Below, one piece after another: positions 34,731 to 48,774 of a DNA stretch of 64,000 nucleotides (position 1 is its first letter; every line of letters starts with the position of its first letter). The stretch is from Callorhinchus milii (lineage: Eukaryota): assembly GCF_018977255.1 (NCBI RefSeq), contig NW_024704743.1:1736001-1800000 (forward strand). Reading direction: 5' to 3'. The position numbers were made by a program, and so were the translations under genes. The notes beneath the pieces are model-generated. The model had not been told where the DNA came from. It saw nothing but the letters and a program-made list of their open reading frames with translations, and did no database searches.

Positions 34731-36914
34731 TGCTATGTAAATGCAAGTTGTGGTTGTCGCTTTACATTGGCGGGCGGGTGTGGGGGTTAGGGGTGGGGGT
34801 AGGGGTGGGGGTTAGGGGTGAAAAGAACGGGGAGGGCTGGTGGGGGGGGGGGGGGGGGGGGCAAAGGAAATTGTTTTAAAAAGTTGTATTTGCATATTGC
34901 CTTAGCAATAGCAGTGTGTGAATCATTGATGAGCCGACCTCGGTGTCTGATTAGTGCCGGAGTTAAACCTTCACCATAACCGCTCTCTCTCTGGCCTCTG
35001 GCTCCCTCGCTCTCTCTCTCTCTCTCTGGCGCTCTCTCTCTCTCTCTCTGTGACTCTCTCTTCGCCTCTGTTGTCTGCAGTCTGTCAAACACACACACCA
35101 CACACACACACACACACAATACCGTGACAGATGGCTTGTCAGTTGTGTTATTATTGCTGCTAATATTAGACAGGAACCGTTCCAATGAGGCCGGGCAGTG
35201 ATGGTGATTATTTTTTCATTGTGTGTGTGTGTGCGTGCGCGTGCGCGTGTGCGCCTGTGCGCGTGTGTGTACGCAGTCGGGGGAAATCCAATCAAAAGTC
35301 CTACGAGAAGAATGCATTCCATCTCGATCCCCGACTGTTTGCTTGTGGGGACGTCGCTGGGCGGTCACTACGCTCTACGGTGTGGCCCGTGAAGCGCTTT
35401 GAGACGACTCGAAGGCGAGATCAGGCGCCGGGTCAAAGGCCGGGCTTGTTCTTATTAAAGCTCTGGGACGCTGCCCAGGGTGAGACGGGGGCGCAATATA
35501 AATGCACGTCGTTGTTGTTGGCGACAAAAAAATATTGCGGTGATGAAGTTGTGTGAGGAAATGCATTGCAGCGGTAAGAGCGTTACGTTGCGATAAGGCG
35601 CGATATCAAGTGCGAGGATTATTATTGCCGTTATTATTAACATTATTACATGGCTTTAGATCTGAGTAGACCTGCCGTAATAATAATAGTAATAATAATA
35701 AGAAGAAGAATAGTAATAATCCCGGCATTTGACACAGCCCCTCATCACGTCTTCGAGACGTCTCAAAGCGCTTGACGGGACCCGCTGCAAAGTGTAGTGA
35801 CTGCGTGTTCCGCGGGCGAATCGCGGCAGCCGATCGCGCCCATCCCCCAGAAACAGCCGCGGGTTGAAGTGACCAAGTTGTTATGAGTAGTATTTTTTTG
35901 GAAGGGATTATTTGCGATTCTCTAAGCCGCTGCATTAGTGCATCGCTGACGTATAACTTCAGTGTCAACAGTTATCGGACAATGGGTCTCAACCGGTAGA
36001 AAGTTTCTGCACCTTCCAATTTAATTTGAAAGACTTCAGATGAGTTTTGCGTCAGTAATCAATGTACCAAACATACGCTGAAGCCTTTCATACAGCTCAT
36101 AAGTGAGATTTATTGCAAACAGTGGAAATGGAATGATACTAATTTGTTGGGGGAAATGTAATAGTTGATGCAAAACGTTTAGAAACGTGCGGCACATTGT
36201 GAATAACTTCTTCGTCTGAAAGAAATGCTGGCGCGGAATAGTCATAAGTCGGAGAATTAACAACAATTTACACTTAACACAATACAGATTTGCCTTTGTA
36301 TACTTAAGGGTATAAATCAGGCATTCAGCCTCTGCGCCCCCGAACTCTGGGACTCTTACCCCGCAATCCCTCCGCCTCACCCCCTCTCTATTGCCTCCTT
36401 CAAGTCCCGTCCAAACACCTTTCTCTTCGACCGTCCCACCCCCATATCCGCACCCCCCCCACCCGCCCTGCCCGCCGCCCTTCCGGACCCCCGGCTCCCA
36501 GCTCGAGGGCAAAGCCCTTGATCGTCCAGCGCCCTGGGATGTCTCGCTGACGTGAAGGGGGTGGGATTGTTGCTGTAGAATTGGTCACTCGCTTCGTGAC
36601 TGTTTGGCGAGATTGTGGCTGTAACATCTGCCCACAAAACACTGCACTTTACAGAAGAATATCCTGTGAAGGGCTTTTGTTTGATGCAGTCCCTCTTCCC
36701 CCCCCCCACCCAATGTGAAAGGCACCGTTTCAAACGCAAGGATTTTTATTAGTATTATTAGTATTCATAATAATTATGATATCTTTTCCTCTTGGGTGTT
36801 TTGCACAGAGAGTACGTAGACTAGTTATTATTTGTTTCTTTTGCTTTGAGCGTGACAACTATTCTCTTGGTATAAGCCACTTGTACAGTTCATAAAATCA
36901 TAGATTTATAGACC

Positions 36915-37070
36915 ATATTATTACTATTTCTTTACAGTATTTATTATTATTTCTTTACAGTATTTATTAATACTTTACAGTATTTATTATTATTTCTTTA
37001 CAGTGTTTATTATTAATACTTTACATTATTTACTATTAATACTTTACATTATTTATTATTATTATTATTA
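36915..37070. repeat. AT-rich ~20-23-bp tandem (CTTTACAGTATTTATTATTATTT-like)
   Basis: About 6 degenerate copies visible. Confidence 0.8.
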
Positions 37071-38489
37071 CTTTGCAACGTATCCTGTGAAGCGCTTTGA
37101 GACGCCTCGAAGACGTGATGAGGCGCTGTGTCAATGTCAGGCTTGTTATTTTATTGGCTGCCTACAAAATACACAGTCCCTACCGTTTACAGTGTCTCCT
37201 GTGGAGCGCTTTGAGATATCCTCCTGACATGAAAAGACAGACCCGTCTGCATCAAAGGCAAAGATTATTGTGGTTACTTTTATTATGATGGCGAGACCTC
37301 GGATAACAAAATTTAGCCTTAAGTGCGGACCACACGGTAACTCATCGACTGACTCAGCTTCACAGACTAACAGATTCTCAGGAGGATGAGACAAGAATAA
37401 ACATATATATATATATATCTATACACATTAAGGAAAAAAAGGAAAATATTTAAAATATGAAATGTAATAGTTTAACAGCATTGTTTGAACTTCAGTTCAG
37501 ATCGCAACCTTATACCCCACTTGCTGTGGGTGTTGAGTTCCTCCCTCCTGTGTGTAGGTGTCTACGTACACATCCCTCGTTTGTAAGGCATTAAGTATTT
37601 ATTGGATTTGCTGCACTGCTGCCAAAAGGTTTCATGTTCTTAATGGCTGATGTTATGAGAAAGATACCCACTCCGCACCCTCAAGCTCCAGCACCTCCCA
37701 ACGTCTCTCGTCTCCTGCCTCGTTCCTCGGGTGCCTTCCCTCCGCTCGGCTAAAGAACTCGGGCCTTTTGGTCGTGTGTGTGTGTGCGTGTGCGCGCGGG
37801 CGGGCGCGCGGGGGTGTGTGTCTTGCACCGCCTTCGGTGGCCAAAAGTTTAGCGACTATCCCTTCCTCTACCACTCTGTCTCGCCTCCTCGCATTTGGGG
37901 AATTCTCAAGACCCTCCTCTTCGGTCACCCTCCTACCCCCCCCCCCCCACCCCACACCCTCCCTCTCCCCCGCCCTCCACCCCCTCCTGATCCCAACCCA
38001 ACAGCTCGAGCCACCAGATCCCTGACCGTCCAGCGCCTTGGGAGGTCCTCCGTGTGTGAATGTCGTGGGTTGTTGTTTTGCCAAATCTACACTAACCCTC
38101 GACATGATTCGGAAAGGAAAGGAGAATATTTGAGGCGTATGAACAGCTTTCCCAATCCAGTTAATAGTTTCGTTCTCTTAGTTTTTCTTTATTTACGCTG
38201 CAACTTCCATCGATTCCCAACTGGAAATTGCCAAGGACGGTTACAGGGATTATATTGAGGAAACATTGGTTAGTCATGTTTGTTTGTTTCTTTGTTTCTT
38301 TGTTTGTTTGTTTGTTTGTTTCTGAGCTATTAAAATATTTGTTCAGCGCCAATGGATATGAGGTCGGAAATCCCACCCGTTCTTAGGCCCGTAACTCCAG
38401 TTTGTCCTGAAGTTTAAGATCCGTGAAACATTCTCACTTTTGTTTCTAATTTGGAAGTCAATTGGCAGCTTTAATATTAATATTACAGT

Positions 38490-38805
38490 GGGGTCCCTGG
38501 AGCTCAGGGGTTAGAGCCCTCACCTCGCGAGCGAGAGGACCCGGGGTTCGATTCCCGGGCAGGTCAGGGCGAGACATTGAGCAAGTTTCCTCACTCCACA
38601 CACACACACGCGCGCACACGCACACACACACGCGCCTGTGTTTACCGGCAGTCAGTGGGAACCCGGTGGTTAGTCGATTGGCAGATGAATCGCTTTTCTG
38701 GGCTAATAATCCCTTCCCCAAAAATGCGGTCCCTCAACCCGCGGCTGTTTGTGGGGACGCTGCTGTGCGCGATCGGCTGCCGCGTTTCGCCCACGAAACA
38801 CAATG
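38490..38805 (+). mobile_element. tRNA-Ala-derived SINE; tail resumes at ~38925-39022
   Basis: Head, (CA)n and body, then an antisense L2-tail piece. Confidence 0.87.
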
Positions 38806-39463
38806 CTAATTTACGTCTGTGCAGCGCCCTTCACATCGGGAGGACGGCCCAAGGCACTGAACGTCAGAAGCAATTCCGAGCTTCATCGTCCGAATGATCA
38901 ACTCTAAACACGAGAGATAGGCCGTCCATTCACTTTACGGTGTATTCTGTGAAACTCTTTGAGACGTCTCAATGACGTGACAATGCGCTGTATCAAATGC
39001 AAGGTTTTGTTATATTATTATTTCATCCTAAGGGCAGTGTCTCCAACAATACCCACATGGATTATTACGTCCTGATGTGGGGCTTGAACCCACAACTTTC
39101 TGAATTAGATTTGAGAGGGCTACCAGCTGAGCGAAGTTTCTAAATCCTATCTCGTGCTAACATCTTGCGCTGCGACAGAGTAATAGAAAGGGTCAGTCAT
39201 CTGCCGCTTGCGGGAAGCCGGGTAGACGTAATTTGATCGTAAATATAATGGCAGAAATTTTATTTTGGACCTGCCGGGGGAAACATATATCAGCCTGATG
39301 TTCATCAGGGCAGGAACCGAAAGTATCCACACACAGTAATTTATCTTCTACAGGTCATATCCTGGGCTCTCTTTACACCACATTACCATTTCTCCAACCC
39401 CAGCAAAAATATCTTGAGCTCATGCTCTCGGCTCGCTCTCGCACCCAGTGGGAGGGAGGGAGT

Positions 39464-39540
39464 CCTCACGAGTGAGAGGACCCGGGTTCGATTCCCGGGC
39501 AGGTCAGGGGGAAACGTTGGGCAAGTTTCCTCACTCCCCC

Positions 39541-39573
<33 letters not shown>

Positions 39574-39828
39574 GCCTCTGTTTACCGGCAGTCAGTAGGA
39601 ACCCGGTTGTTAGTCGATTGGCGGATCGCTTTTCCGGGGATAATAATCCTTTTTAAAAAAAAATAATAATAATTCGGTCACTCAACCCACGGCTGTTTGC
39701 GGGGGACGCTGCTGTGCGCGATCGGCTGCTGCGTTTCGCCCACAAAATATACAGTCAGTTCACTTCACACTGTATTCGGTGAAGCGCTTTGAGACGTCTC
39801 AAGGATGTGAGGTCAATTATTATTATTG
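39464..39828 (+). mobile_element. tRNA-Ala-derived SINE, tail-to-tail with an antisense tail at ~39845-39975
   Basis: B box through tail. Confidence 0.87.
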
Positions 39829-40421
39829 TCCACCTAGGATAACAATAATAACAATAATAATAATCCCGGCATTTGACACAGCGCCTTATCATGTTTTCGA
39901 GACGCCTCAAAGCGCTTCACAGGATAGACTGTAAAGTGTAGTGACTGTGTGCTTTGCGGGCGAAAACACGGCAGTACTGATAATAACAATAGTAACAATG
40001 CAGGCACGGCAACTGATAATTACTGACTATTTTTATCAATGGCGTGGCTGCATTATTTATCAGTGTGATAATTATCACAGCGCGTGTCCCATTTGCATCC
40101 AAGGTCTCTCTGCGAATATACAAATTATAAGGCTCCGTATCAGCTATTCCTTTAGTATCTAAAAGCCCCACAGAGATGAAAAAACGCACAAACTCTGGGA
40201 CTTTGGCGTCGGCTAAAACTGAACATCTCACCTTCTGTCAATTGCTTCCCTTTTCTGATCGTTCCTAATGAGGAGGAAGGTATTATTAGCCATCAACACG
40301 AGAACAGCAACTCATTTAAAAGTGGGTAAACCCTTGTGTCGGTGTGAATCACGTGAAAAAAAAACCTCCCAAACTGCAGACTCAGCTGAAATCAAGAATA
40401 ACTCCATGACATCAGACGTTT

Positions 40422-40770
40422 AGTCCTATAGCTCAGGGGTTTGAGCCCTCGCCTCGCGAGCGAGAGGACCCGGGTTCGATTCCCGGGCAGGTCAGGGCGA
40501 GACATTGGGCAAGTTTCCTCACTCCACACTCACACACACACACACACACACACACGCGCGCCTCTGTTTACCGGCAGTCAGTGGGAACCCGTTGTTAGTC
40601 CATTGGCGGATGGCTTTTCCGGGGGTAACAATCCCTTCAAAAAAAAAAGACGTCTCAGAGCACTTCACAAGAATAGTCTGTACAGTGAATTGACTGGATG
40701 TTTTGCGGGCGAAACGCGGCAGCCGATTGACTCGCGGCAGACGTGAAAGGCGCGACACAAGTGTAAATCG
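40422..40770 (+). mobile_element. tRNA-Ala-derived SINE with an internally inverted tail segment
   Basis: Sense to ~40648, antisense tail ~40649-40729, sense GACGTGAAAGGCGC from 40740. Confidence 0.8.
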
Positions 40771-43264
40771 TCGGCGTCGTGGTTGAGGAGCCGCAGTAAG
40801 CTGAGGGTTGAGGGGGTGGCGGGAGGGGGTGGAATGTGTGTCGTGTTTTAAACTCGATTAGGGCTCAGCCTGATCGGGATGCGAGGCACAGCCACTGAAG
40901 TCTGTGCAGAGAGCAAAAGGGGATCTCAGCAATGCGGCTGAGATCACACATTGCTGAACTACTTTGCTGGGGCGCAGGTAATTTACACCGCGACACTTTC
41001 AATTAGATTTGTCAGTAAATCTGCCTTTACAGCTCCAAACTACTGAGTCTCCCCCCACCCCCCAGGGGCCTGTGATTTACAGGCCGGAAGCTCGGCTCTT
41101 TGATCCGACTGTATCTAGCCGCCTCCGACATCTCTGCCGCGTGACTGCGGCCGCGATTGCGGCTCGTTGAAGGGATTTTCCTCGCTCCGTGCAAACCAAC
41201 AACAATAACAATTCGGTCGCTGCAATCCGCGGCTGTTTGCGGGGACGTCGCCGGGCGCGATTGGCAGCCGCCTCGCGCTAAACCAAACACGCCGTCGCTA
41301 CACTTTACGGCGTATCCCGTGAAGCGCTTTGAGACGCGGCCGATTGCGCCCAGCGGCGCCCCACAAACAGTCGTGGATTCCGAGCGATCGACTCGGAAGG
41401 TAAGCAGTGACCCTTTATTGTCATAGGGGACCTGCTGAACCGCAGTGGTTGTTTATTGGGTTGAGGTCTGAATTCTCTTCCCAACTCCGTGAGAGACGTC
41501 TCAGCCGCAGCCTGTGTGGTTTTCCCAGCCAGACGCTTAAGAGCAACGTCTTCGGAGAAGTCTCGTCTCTCAGGTCTGGAGCCATCGAATTGCGATTGTG
41601 GCTGTCACTCAGTAGATGAGGTAATAGCCCGTAGCAGGCCTCGAGCTCTCGAGGGAGGTTTTATTCCTGGTACACTTCAAGTTCTAGATAATAGCATTAT
41701 TGTCTCCTCTGCGGTCGGGGGAAGTAAACACAGTCTCCTCACTGTGAACCTGACCCAAGGTGACTTGCCCACAATAATCCACAGTCGAGTTACTTTACCT
41801 TCATGTCCCGTGAAGCGCTTTGAGACGTCGCGAAGACGCGATAAGGCGCTGTGTCAAATGCATTATAATGCATATTATAATTCTCGATAGCCGGAGGGGG
41901 TGGGATACGGGTGGTTTGGGACACAGCCATGTTCCTTTAGGAGCTGACACCATCTGTGATAGCAACACTTGTGAGTGTTTGCTTAAGCGTTGCTCATAAA
42001 TGTTTGATGACACCTTCCAATGCCGGTCATTCATTTTTAATAATCTCGTTACACTTTGCTGTTTACAGTCTCGCTGACATTTTACAAATTGGTTTCTGTT
42101 TCCCTGTACATCTCTCCCTTGTCACTGCCCGAACGACAACCAAGTTAATAGACCAGGCCAATAAATAGTAATAATATAATCCTTGCCTTCGCTATAGCTC
42201 CTGCAACCTCCCATCAACAGAATAACAACGATAAGCGTTGCATCTTATCCAGTGCCTTTCAGGTCAGATAGACACTGGGAACGCTTCAGAGAAGTTACTG
42301 AGAAGTGTAGCGACTGTGTGTTTTGCAGGCAGCCGATACCTTGGAAATGTCTTTGAGGTTTGCTTGCTCCGCGCACACACGCCTCTGTTGAACCAGAGAT
42401 AAGTAGGAACCCAGTTGACATTCGATTGGTGGATCGTTTTCCAGGGGTTACAATCCCTTAAATAAAAAAAATTGGTCTCTCGACCCGCGGCTGTTTGCGG
42501 GGGGACGCTGCTGTGGGCAAGTTTCGCCCACAAAACACCACGGTCGATTCGCTTTACAGTGTGTCCCGTGAAGCGCTTTGAGACGTCTCGAAGACCCGAT
42601 CGGGCGCCGGGTCAATTGCCTTTCATGTCAGGAAGTGCTTCGAGACGTCTCGACCAAAGCTACGTCGTGAAGCTTCGGTGGTTCCTCCGCTGCTGAGGCA
42701 GGAGATAAGGTGTCAGAAAATCTATTTATCTGTCTGCGTGCCGCCAGAGGGAGAGGGACAAAAGGGCTGGAGTCGATACAGACTTGGCTTGTTACTCAGA
42801 CTGAATCCTACCTTTGTAGCTGCCTTCCGGCAAGATTAAAAGAAAACGCTTCCTGCTTTAAGATCGACTTGGGAACAGTATTCAGTATTCCTTTTGAAAT
42901 ATCAAAGGGTTTGCAAACTTTGATCTCTCTCTCTCTCTCTCTGTCTGTGCTGCACTCTGTTCATTTATTAATGCTCTCGGTTTAAAGGTTTGATGTTGCT
43001 GTAGAGAGACTAGTCCTGTCTGCCCGGTCAGACACTGGTGGAAATTTCCTTGCGTCGGTGGCAAACCTGTGTGGAACTCTCACAATGGCTCGGAGACGCT
43101 TTAAGCTATGGGGTAGGGTTTCTGCGCGGGTCAGACCGACTCACTCCTGTGAGAAAACCCCAAAGGTTGTTTGAAAACCCGAGGGAACAATGCTACTAAC
43201 CCTTGTGTTTGTTATAGAACCGAAATCACATTGTTGCGATGTCTCAATAATAATAAATAATGAT

Positions 43265-43497
43265 AACACTCCTGATCACGTCTTCGAGACGTCTCAAAGC
43301 GCTTCACAGGATACGCTGTAAAGGGAATTGACTGTGCATTTTGTGGGCGAAACGCGGCAGCCGATTGCGCGCAGCAGCGTCCCCCACAAACAGCCGCGGG
43401 TTGAGTGACTGTTTTTATTTATTCTGAAGGGGTTATTACCCCCGGAAAAGCGATCCGCCAATCGACTAACAACCGGGTTCCTGCTGACTGCCGGTGA
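43265..43497 (-). mobile_element. SINE body and tail (5'-truncated)
   Basis: Reverse complement of the family body and tail. Confidence 0.85.
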
Positions 43498-43554
43498 AGG
43501 TTTAACGAGGTGAGGTGAAGGGTTTAACCCCTGAGAGAGAAAAAAACCCTTTCG

Positions 43555-43762
43555 AGTCGTGCCAGGGAATCTTTAATGCCCGCTTGAACAAGTTGGCGGG
43601 ACCTCGATTTAGCGTCTCATCTCCAACAGTACGGCATCGCCAGCACTGCCCGGGGGTCTCAGCGTAGACTTACGTGTGAGTTCAAAGTCCTGACCCGGGG
43701 GCTTGAACCCACAACCCTCTGACACACCGACACCAGAGAGCTCTCACCTGAGCCAGGCTGAC
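43555..43762 (-). mobile_element. Deu-type SINE (SacSINE1/AmnSINE1-like)
   Basis: The minus strand has head GTCAGCCTGGCTCAG...AGGGTTGTGGGTTCAAGCCCC and Deu-like GATGAGACGCTAAATCGAGGTCCCG...CATTAAAGATTCCCTGGCAC. Family name from recalled consensus. Confidence 0.7.
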
Positions 43763-45751
43763 GGACACCGAATCTTCCAATTGAAACCAACGTAACCTCC
43801 TGGACTAATTAGTACAAAGTCACTGGTGCTGTATTTGCCTTTAATAATTTAACGATGATGATCCCTGGGTTTTGAGTTAAGGACAAAGATTATGTTTCTT
43901 GAATTATTTAACCAATAAACTGCAAACCATGTTTCCGATGCTCCTGATGACGGAGTCTGCACTTAAAACACAGCGGTGGAACATCCTCAAATTCCGGGTC
44001 AATTCGGAAAAGAGTTTTCCACAACGCTTAGTAAGAAAGAGTCTTTCTTTTTATTTTTAGGCTGAACTGCAGTTTGGACGATAATAATAATGGCAATCGT
44101 AATAATCCCGGCATTTGACACAGCGCCTCATCACGTCTTCGAGACGTCTCAAAGCGCTTCACGGGATACACTGTAAAGTGAATTGACTGTGTGTTTTGTG
44201 GGGCGAAATGAATAATATTCTCCTCGGTCACAGGCTCAGGTGAACCCCATTTCACCCTGAATGCCACAGCTTCATCTTAACCCCCCCATTTAACGCTAGT
44301 TAACTGAATGCAGCCTGAACCCCGCTTGACCTAGATTCAACTCTATTTTCTTGGCATTTAGCCAGGACGCTGGGAGAAACTACGCTCTTTTTTTTTTTGA
44401 GTTGTGCCTCGGGGTATTTTTGTGTCCGGGCGAAACGGAGCAGAGGGGAGGCTGGTGGGGAGGGTGGGGATGGGTGGGGGAAGGAAAGAACTTTGATTTA
44501 ACGTCTCATCCAAAGAACGGTGTCTCTGACAATGCAGTAGCCTCTTCGGCAGTGACAGCCAAGACGGATCGATCGAAGGCACGGTGTGACCTTTGAGAAT
44601 TCACTCTGAATCATTTGCGCAATGAGTCAGGGCTTTAATTTAATTCGACTTCATTTCCCTCCAAACGCGGCGTTTCCTCTCGCAGCAGCAGGAACCTGTT
44701 TTGCTCCCCAGGGGAGAGCTGAACGCAGCTTTGGGGAGGGAGGCAAATGTTCTGGTGGAGAGGGTGGGCGGTGGTTGGGGGGGGAGAGAGAGGGGTAGGT
44801 GTAGCACGTGCGGTAATTTCTCGTGCTAATGGCAAATTGTAGGGGCACATCGTAAAGTGTAGTGACTGTAGAGGCTACGAGCAGCTAAGTTACAGGCAAT
44901 GATATCCCTCAAACAGCCATGGAGTGAGTCACCAGTTTTATCTGGTGGATTGTTGACCAGGTACGTGGGAGGGGGTGAGTAGGGGGAGAGAGAGGGAGAG
45001 AGAGAGAGAGAGAGAAAGAGAAACTTCCTTCTCTTTTCCCCCGAATAGCGCCGCAAGATCTTTGACGTTCATCTGAACGGTCCCAGACTGGGGGTGGTGG
45101 TGGGGAATGGTGTGGGTGGGGGGGGGGGGGGGAGAACGAGGTTTAACAGTCAGTCGGAATGAGACCCTCGAAGGAATTCCAGATGAGGTTTTATGCGTCT
45201 AAACTGTTTGTTTGTGTGTCGGCCTGTCTTATCTCTGTGGATTTTCACTGTGTGGCAAGGAGCGAGCCAGACTACCAGGAGCAGCGAGCTCAAGCAGTGA
45301 CTCAGGGGGAGGTGGGGGAAGACGGTCGTTAATCCTGTATTACTTTGGGAGTACATCACGTCGACAGCTCTGCGCATCAGGAGCAACTTTTAATATAGAC
45401 GGTTTATCACCTTGACACGTCTCAGCGCGCTCGAGGCGGTATTAATTACTGTCAAGCCCAGCAAACGTGTTTGTGTTAATTACCCGACAGCCACAATGTC
45501 CCACAAATCCTCGTGGGGTGAGTGGGCAATTTTAGCTGGGGGTGGGGGTGGGAGTGTGGTGGTGGGGTGGGGGGGGAAGCGGGGAGGTGGGAGAAAGGCA
45601 GGCGGGACCTCGGTTAAATAATCCCGAGGACCGTGCCTCTGACAATGATAATCGGCCCGTTCAGGCGGGCGCTAAAAGTTCCTCTGACGCTATTTGTAAA
45701 GAGAAGGGGGTTTTGTCTCCCGGCGTGTCCCGGCTGACAATCCCGCTGGCA

Positions 45752-46095
45752 GGCGAGAGGACCCGGGTTCGATTCCCGGGCAGGTCAGGGCAAAACATTG
45801 GGCAACTTTCCTCACTCCACACACACACACGCGCCTCTGTTTACCGGCAGTCAGTAGGAACCCGGTTGTTAGTCGATTGGCGGATCGCTTTCCGGGGATA
45901 ATAATCCCTCCAAAAAATAATAATTTGGTCGCTCAACCCACGGCTGTTTGCGGGGGACGCTGCTGTGCGCAATCGGCCGCCGCGTTTCGCCCACAAAATA
46001 CACCGTCAATTCACTTGACAGTGTGTCCCGTGAAGCGCTTTGAAACGTCTCGAAGACGTGATCAGGCGCTGTGTCAAATGCCGGGATTATTATTA
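45752..46095 (+). mobile_element. tRNA-Ala-derived SINE, 5'-truncated in the anticodon arm
   Basis: B box through tail. Confidence 0.88.
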
Positions 46096-47170
46096 ATGTA
46101 TATTCTGTTTTAAAAGGTAAGACCTACCCAGTGCGTCCAATAGATGTCACTGCAGTATAAATACCGCCTCATCCCTCGATCTCTCTCCACGTTCCACGTT
46201 TTCTGCTCCATGTGACAGATTTGTTGTCGCGTTGTACTCTATCAGTTATAACAATACTAATAATATATCTTATAATAATCAGCCTCGCATTTTGACACAG
46301 CGTCTCAGCACGAGACGTCTTCGAGACGTGATTAAACGTGCAGTGCAGTGCAGTGATTAAACCTCGCAGTAAAATCCTGTTTGTTTCGAGACATCTCACT
46401 AAATAATAATAATAGTATTTAGTGAGATCTCGCAAATAGGATTTTTAATATTATTATAATGATAATTATTATTGTAATTATTATGTCATTATAATATAAT
46501 TATTACAACATTTTTATATAACATATAATATCATCATCATTACTATAATTATATAATATAATCATAATCATCCTTAGATATTGTTATACAATATTATATA
46601 ATTATTGTAATAGTATTAGTAAAAAGCGTAACATTGAACGCAAGGAATATTATAATATAATGTTCGGTTCTTAAATCTGTGGGGAATGAACGGATCTCCG
46701 ACTGTAGGTGTCGCTGCGGTTACCTGAACACATCCTGCTGGAAACGCTGCCGTCGTTATGTCTTAAATATAACGTAACAGTGCGCAGAATTAATGGAAAC
46801 TTCGCGAATTCAGCCTTAATTTGGGGATCTGACACTTCCACCAAAAACTGTGACAGAGCAGCTTTCTCGTTCAGACTGAAATTTAAGAGTTTTCCACGAT
46901 TCTGCCCCGATCTAACATTTTTATAATAATTATAATAATAATAATAATAATCCTTGCCTTTGATTTGATTTAACGCCTTATTGCGTCTTCGAGAAACGTC
47001 TCAACGTGAATTGACTGTGTATTTTGTGGGTGGAATGGAACCCACGAACTGCTGTGGATTGAGTCACCGAATTATCTTTTTCTTTAAAAAAAGGAGTTGT
47101 TACTCCACTGAAAAGTGAACCGGAAAATCGACCGTCAACCGGGTTCCTACTCACTGCTGGTAAACAGAGG

Positions 47171-47491
47171 GTGTGTGTGTGTGTGGGTCTGTGTGTGCGG
47201 GTCTGTGTGTGTGGGGGGGGTCTGTGTGTGGGTCTGTGTGTGTGTGTGTGTCGGTCTGTGTGTGTGGGTCTGTGTGTGACGGTCTGTGTGTGTGGGTGTC
47301 TGTGTGTGTCGGTCTGTGTGTGGGGGTCTGTGTGTGGGTCTGTGTGTGTGGGTGTGTGTGTGGGTGTGTGTGTGGGTCTGTGTGTGTGGGTCTGTGTGTG
47401 TGTGTGTGGGTGTGTGTGTGGGTCTGTGTGTGGGGGTCTGTGTGTGGGTCTGTGTGTGTGTGACGGTCTGTGTGTGTGTGTCTGTGTGTGT
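47171..47491. repeat. (GT)n/GGGTCT minisatellite expanded from the (CA)n of an antisense SINE (~46945-47170)
   Basis: Begins immediately after GTAAACAGAGG, where the SINE (CA)n normally lies. Confidence 0.88.
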
Positions 47492-48774
47492 AGAGTAGCC
47501 ACAAATATCCATTTGTGCGATATTTCAGATCGGCCACAAAAATTACAGAGCAGATCCTTGTGAAGCGCTTTGAGACTTCCTCGCGATCTGAAAGGAGCAA
47601 ACGCAAAGGTTATTATTATTGCCATTCCCAAAGGTGACCTTCCCAGGGCACGCGCCGTGTTTTATATTACAGGGTGTTTGGCGCTGATATTGTTTACCGA
47701 TAAAGGTGACTTCTTTTTTAACACTCCGATCGAATTTTACAGCCAGTAAATAGGCACAGACGCAGACAACTATTATCATTAGTAAGTCTTCTCTCTTTAT
47801 TTTTTTTTCTTCGCAAACTCGGATGAAAAAGATAGCAAAGCGTAGGTTTCGGGTCAACGCAGAGACGACTGGGTTTGTTTAACATCAATTTGGAAAGAAA
47901 CGAAGTCGTGTTTGCACAACTGTAATGTAATCACATCTCATTTTCTCTCAGGTCATCGTCCACAACGAATACTCATGTTCTGCTTCATTGCTTTATTACG
48001 GTTGACAGTATATTTCCACAACAGGAGATGCAAAGAGAATATCTTTAACTGCACTTTTGTGTCGCTCCCCCCATTAATATCCAATAACCTCTACATGTAA
48101 TTTGAAATATTCTTTCCGGTTGCCTCGTGGATGCTTTCACCTTGTCATGAAAAACCGGATAATAATCCTCGCCTTTGACACAGCGCCCGATCACGTCTTC
48201 GAGACGTCTCTCAAAGCGCTTCGCAGGATACACCGTAAAGCGAATTGACCGTATATTTTCTGGGCGAGACGCGGCAGCCGATTGCGTCCTCAGCAACGTC
48301 CCCACAAACAGCCGTGGGTTGAAGTGACTGAATTATTTTTTAAAAGGGAATACTTTTTGAAGGGTTTATTACCCCCGGGAAAGGGTTCTGCCAATTGGCT
48401 AACAACCGGATTGCTACTTACTGCTCGGTAAACAGAGGCGCGTGGAGTAAGGAAACTCGTCCCGAGCTGAGTGCTGTGCTACGTGACGCTGTAATTTGCC
48501 CTCGTGGCTTTCTATGCAATCTCTGCCCTCAGTTTCGATCTACGTTCATCAGAAAAACGTTCGACAATGCCCGAGCCCCAGAAAATTGGCTCCATTCATT
48601 TTCTTTAGGCGAAGCCAACACAGAGACCAAGACCTTTCTGTCACTTTTTTGACAACGGAGATATTGGCCTTCAGGGGTTTGACGCTCTCACTTGCATCGC
48701 GTAGCGGTCAATGTAATTTATGGTCCATTTCCTCCAACACTGGAAGTAACTCAAGGTTGCAAGGGATCTTCAGG

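Noticed and set aside
40922..40945. 9-bp perfect hairpin GATCTCAGC/GCTGAGATC
   Set aside because: Short enough to occur by chance in 64 kb.
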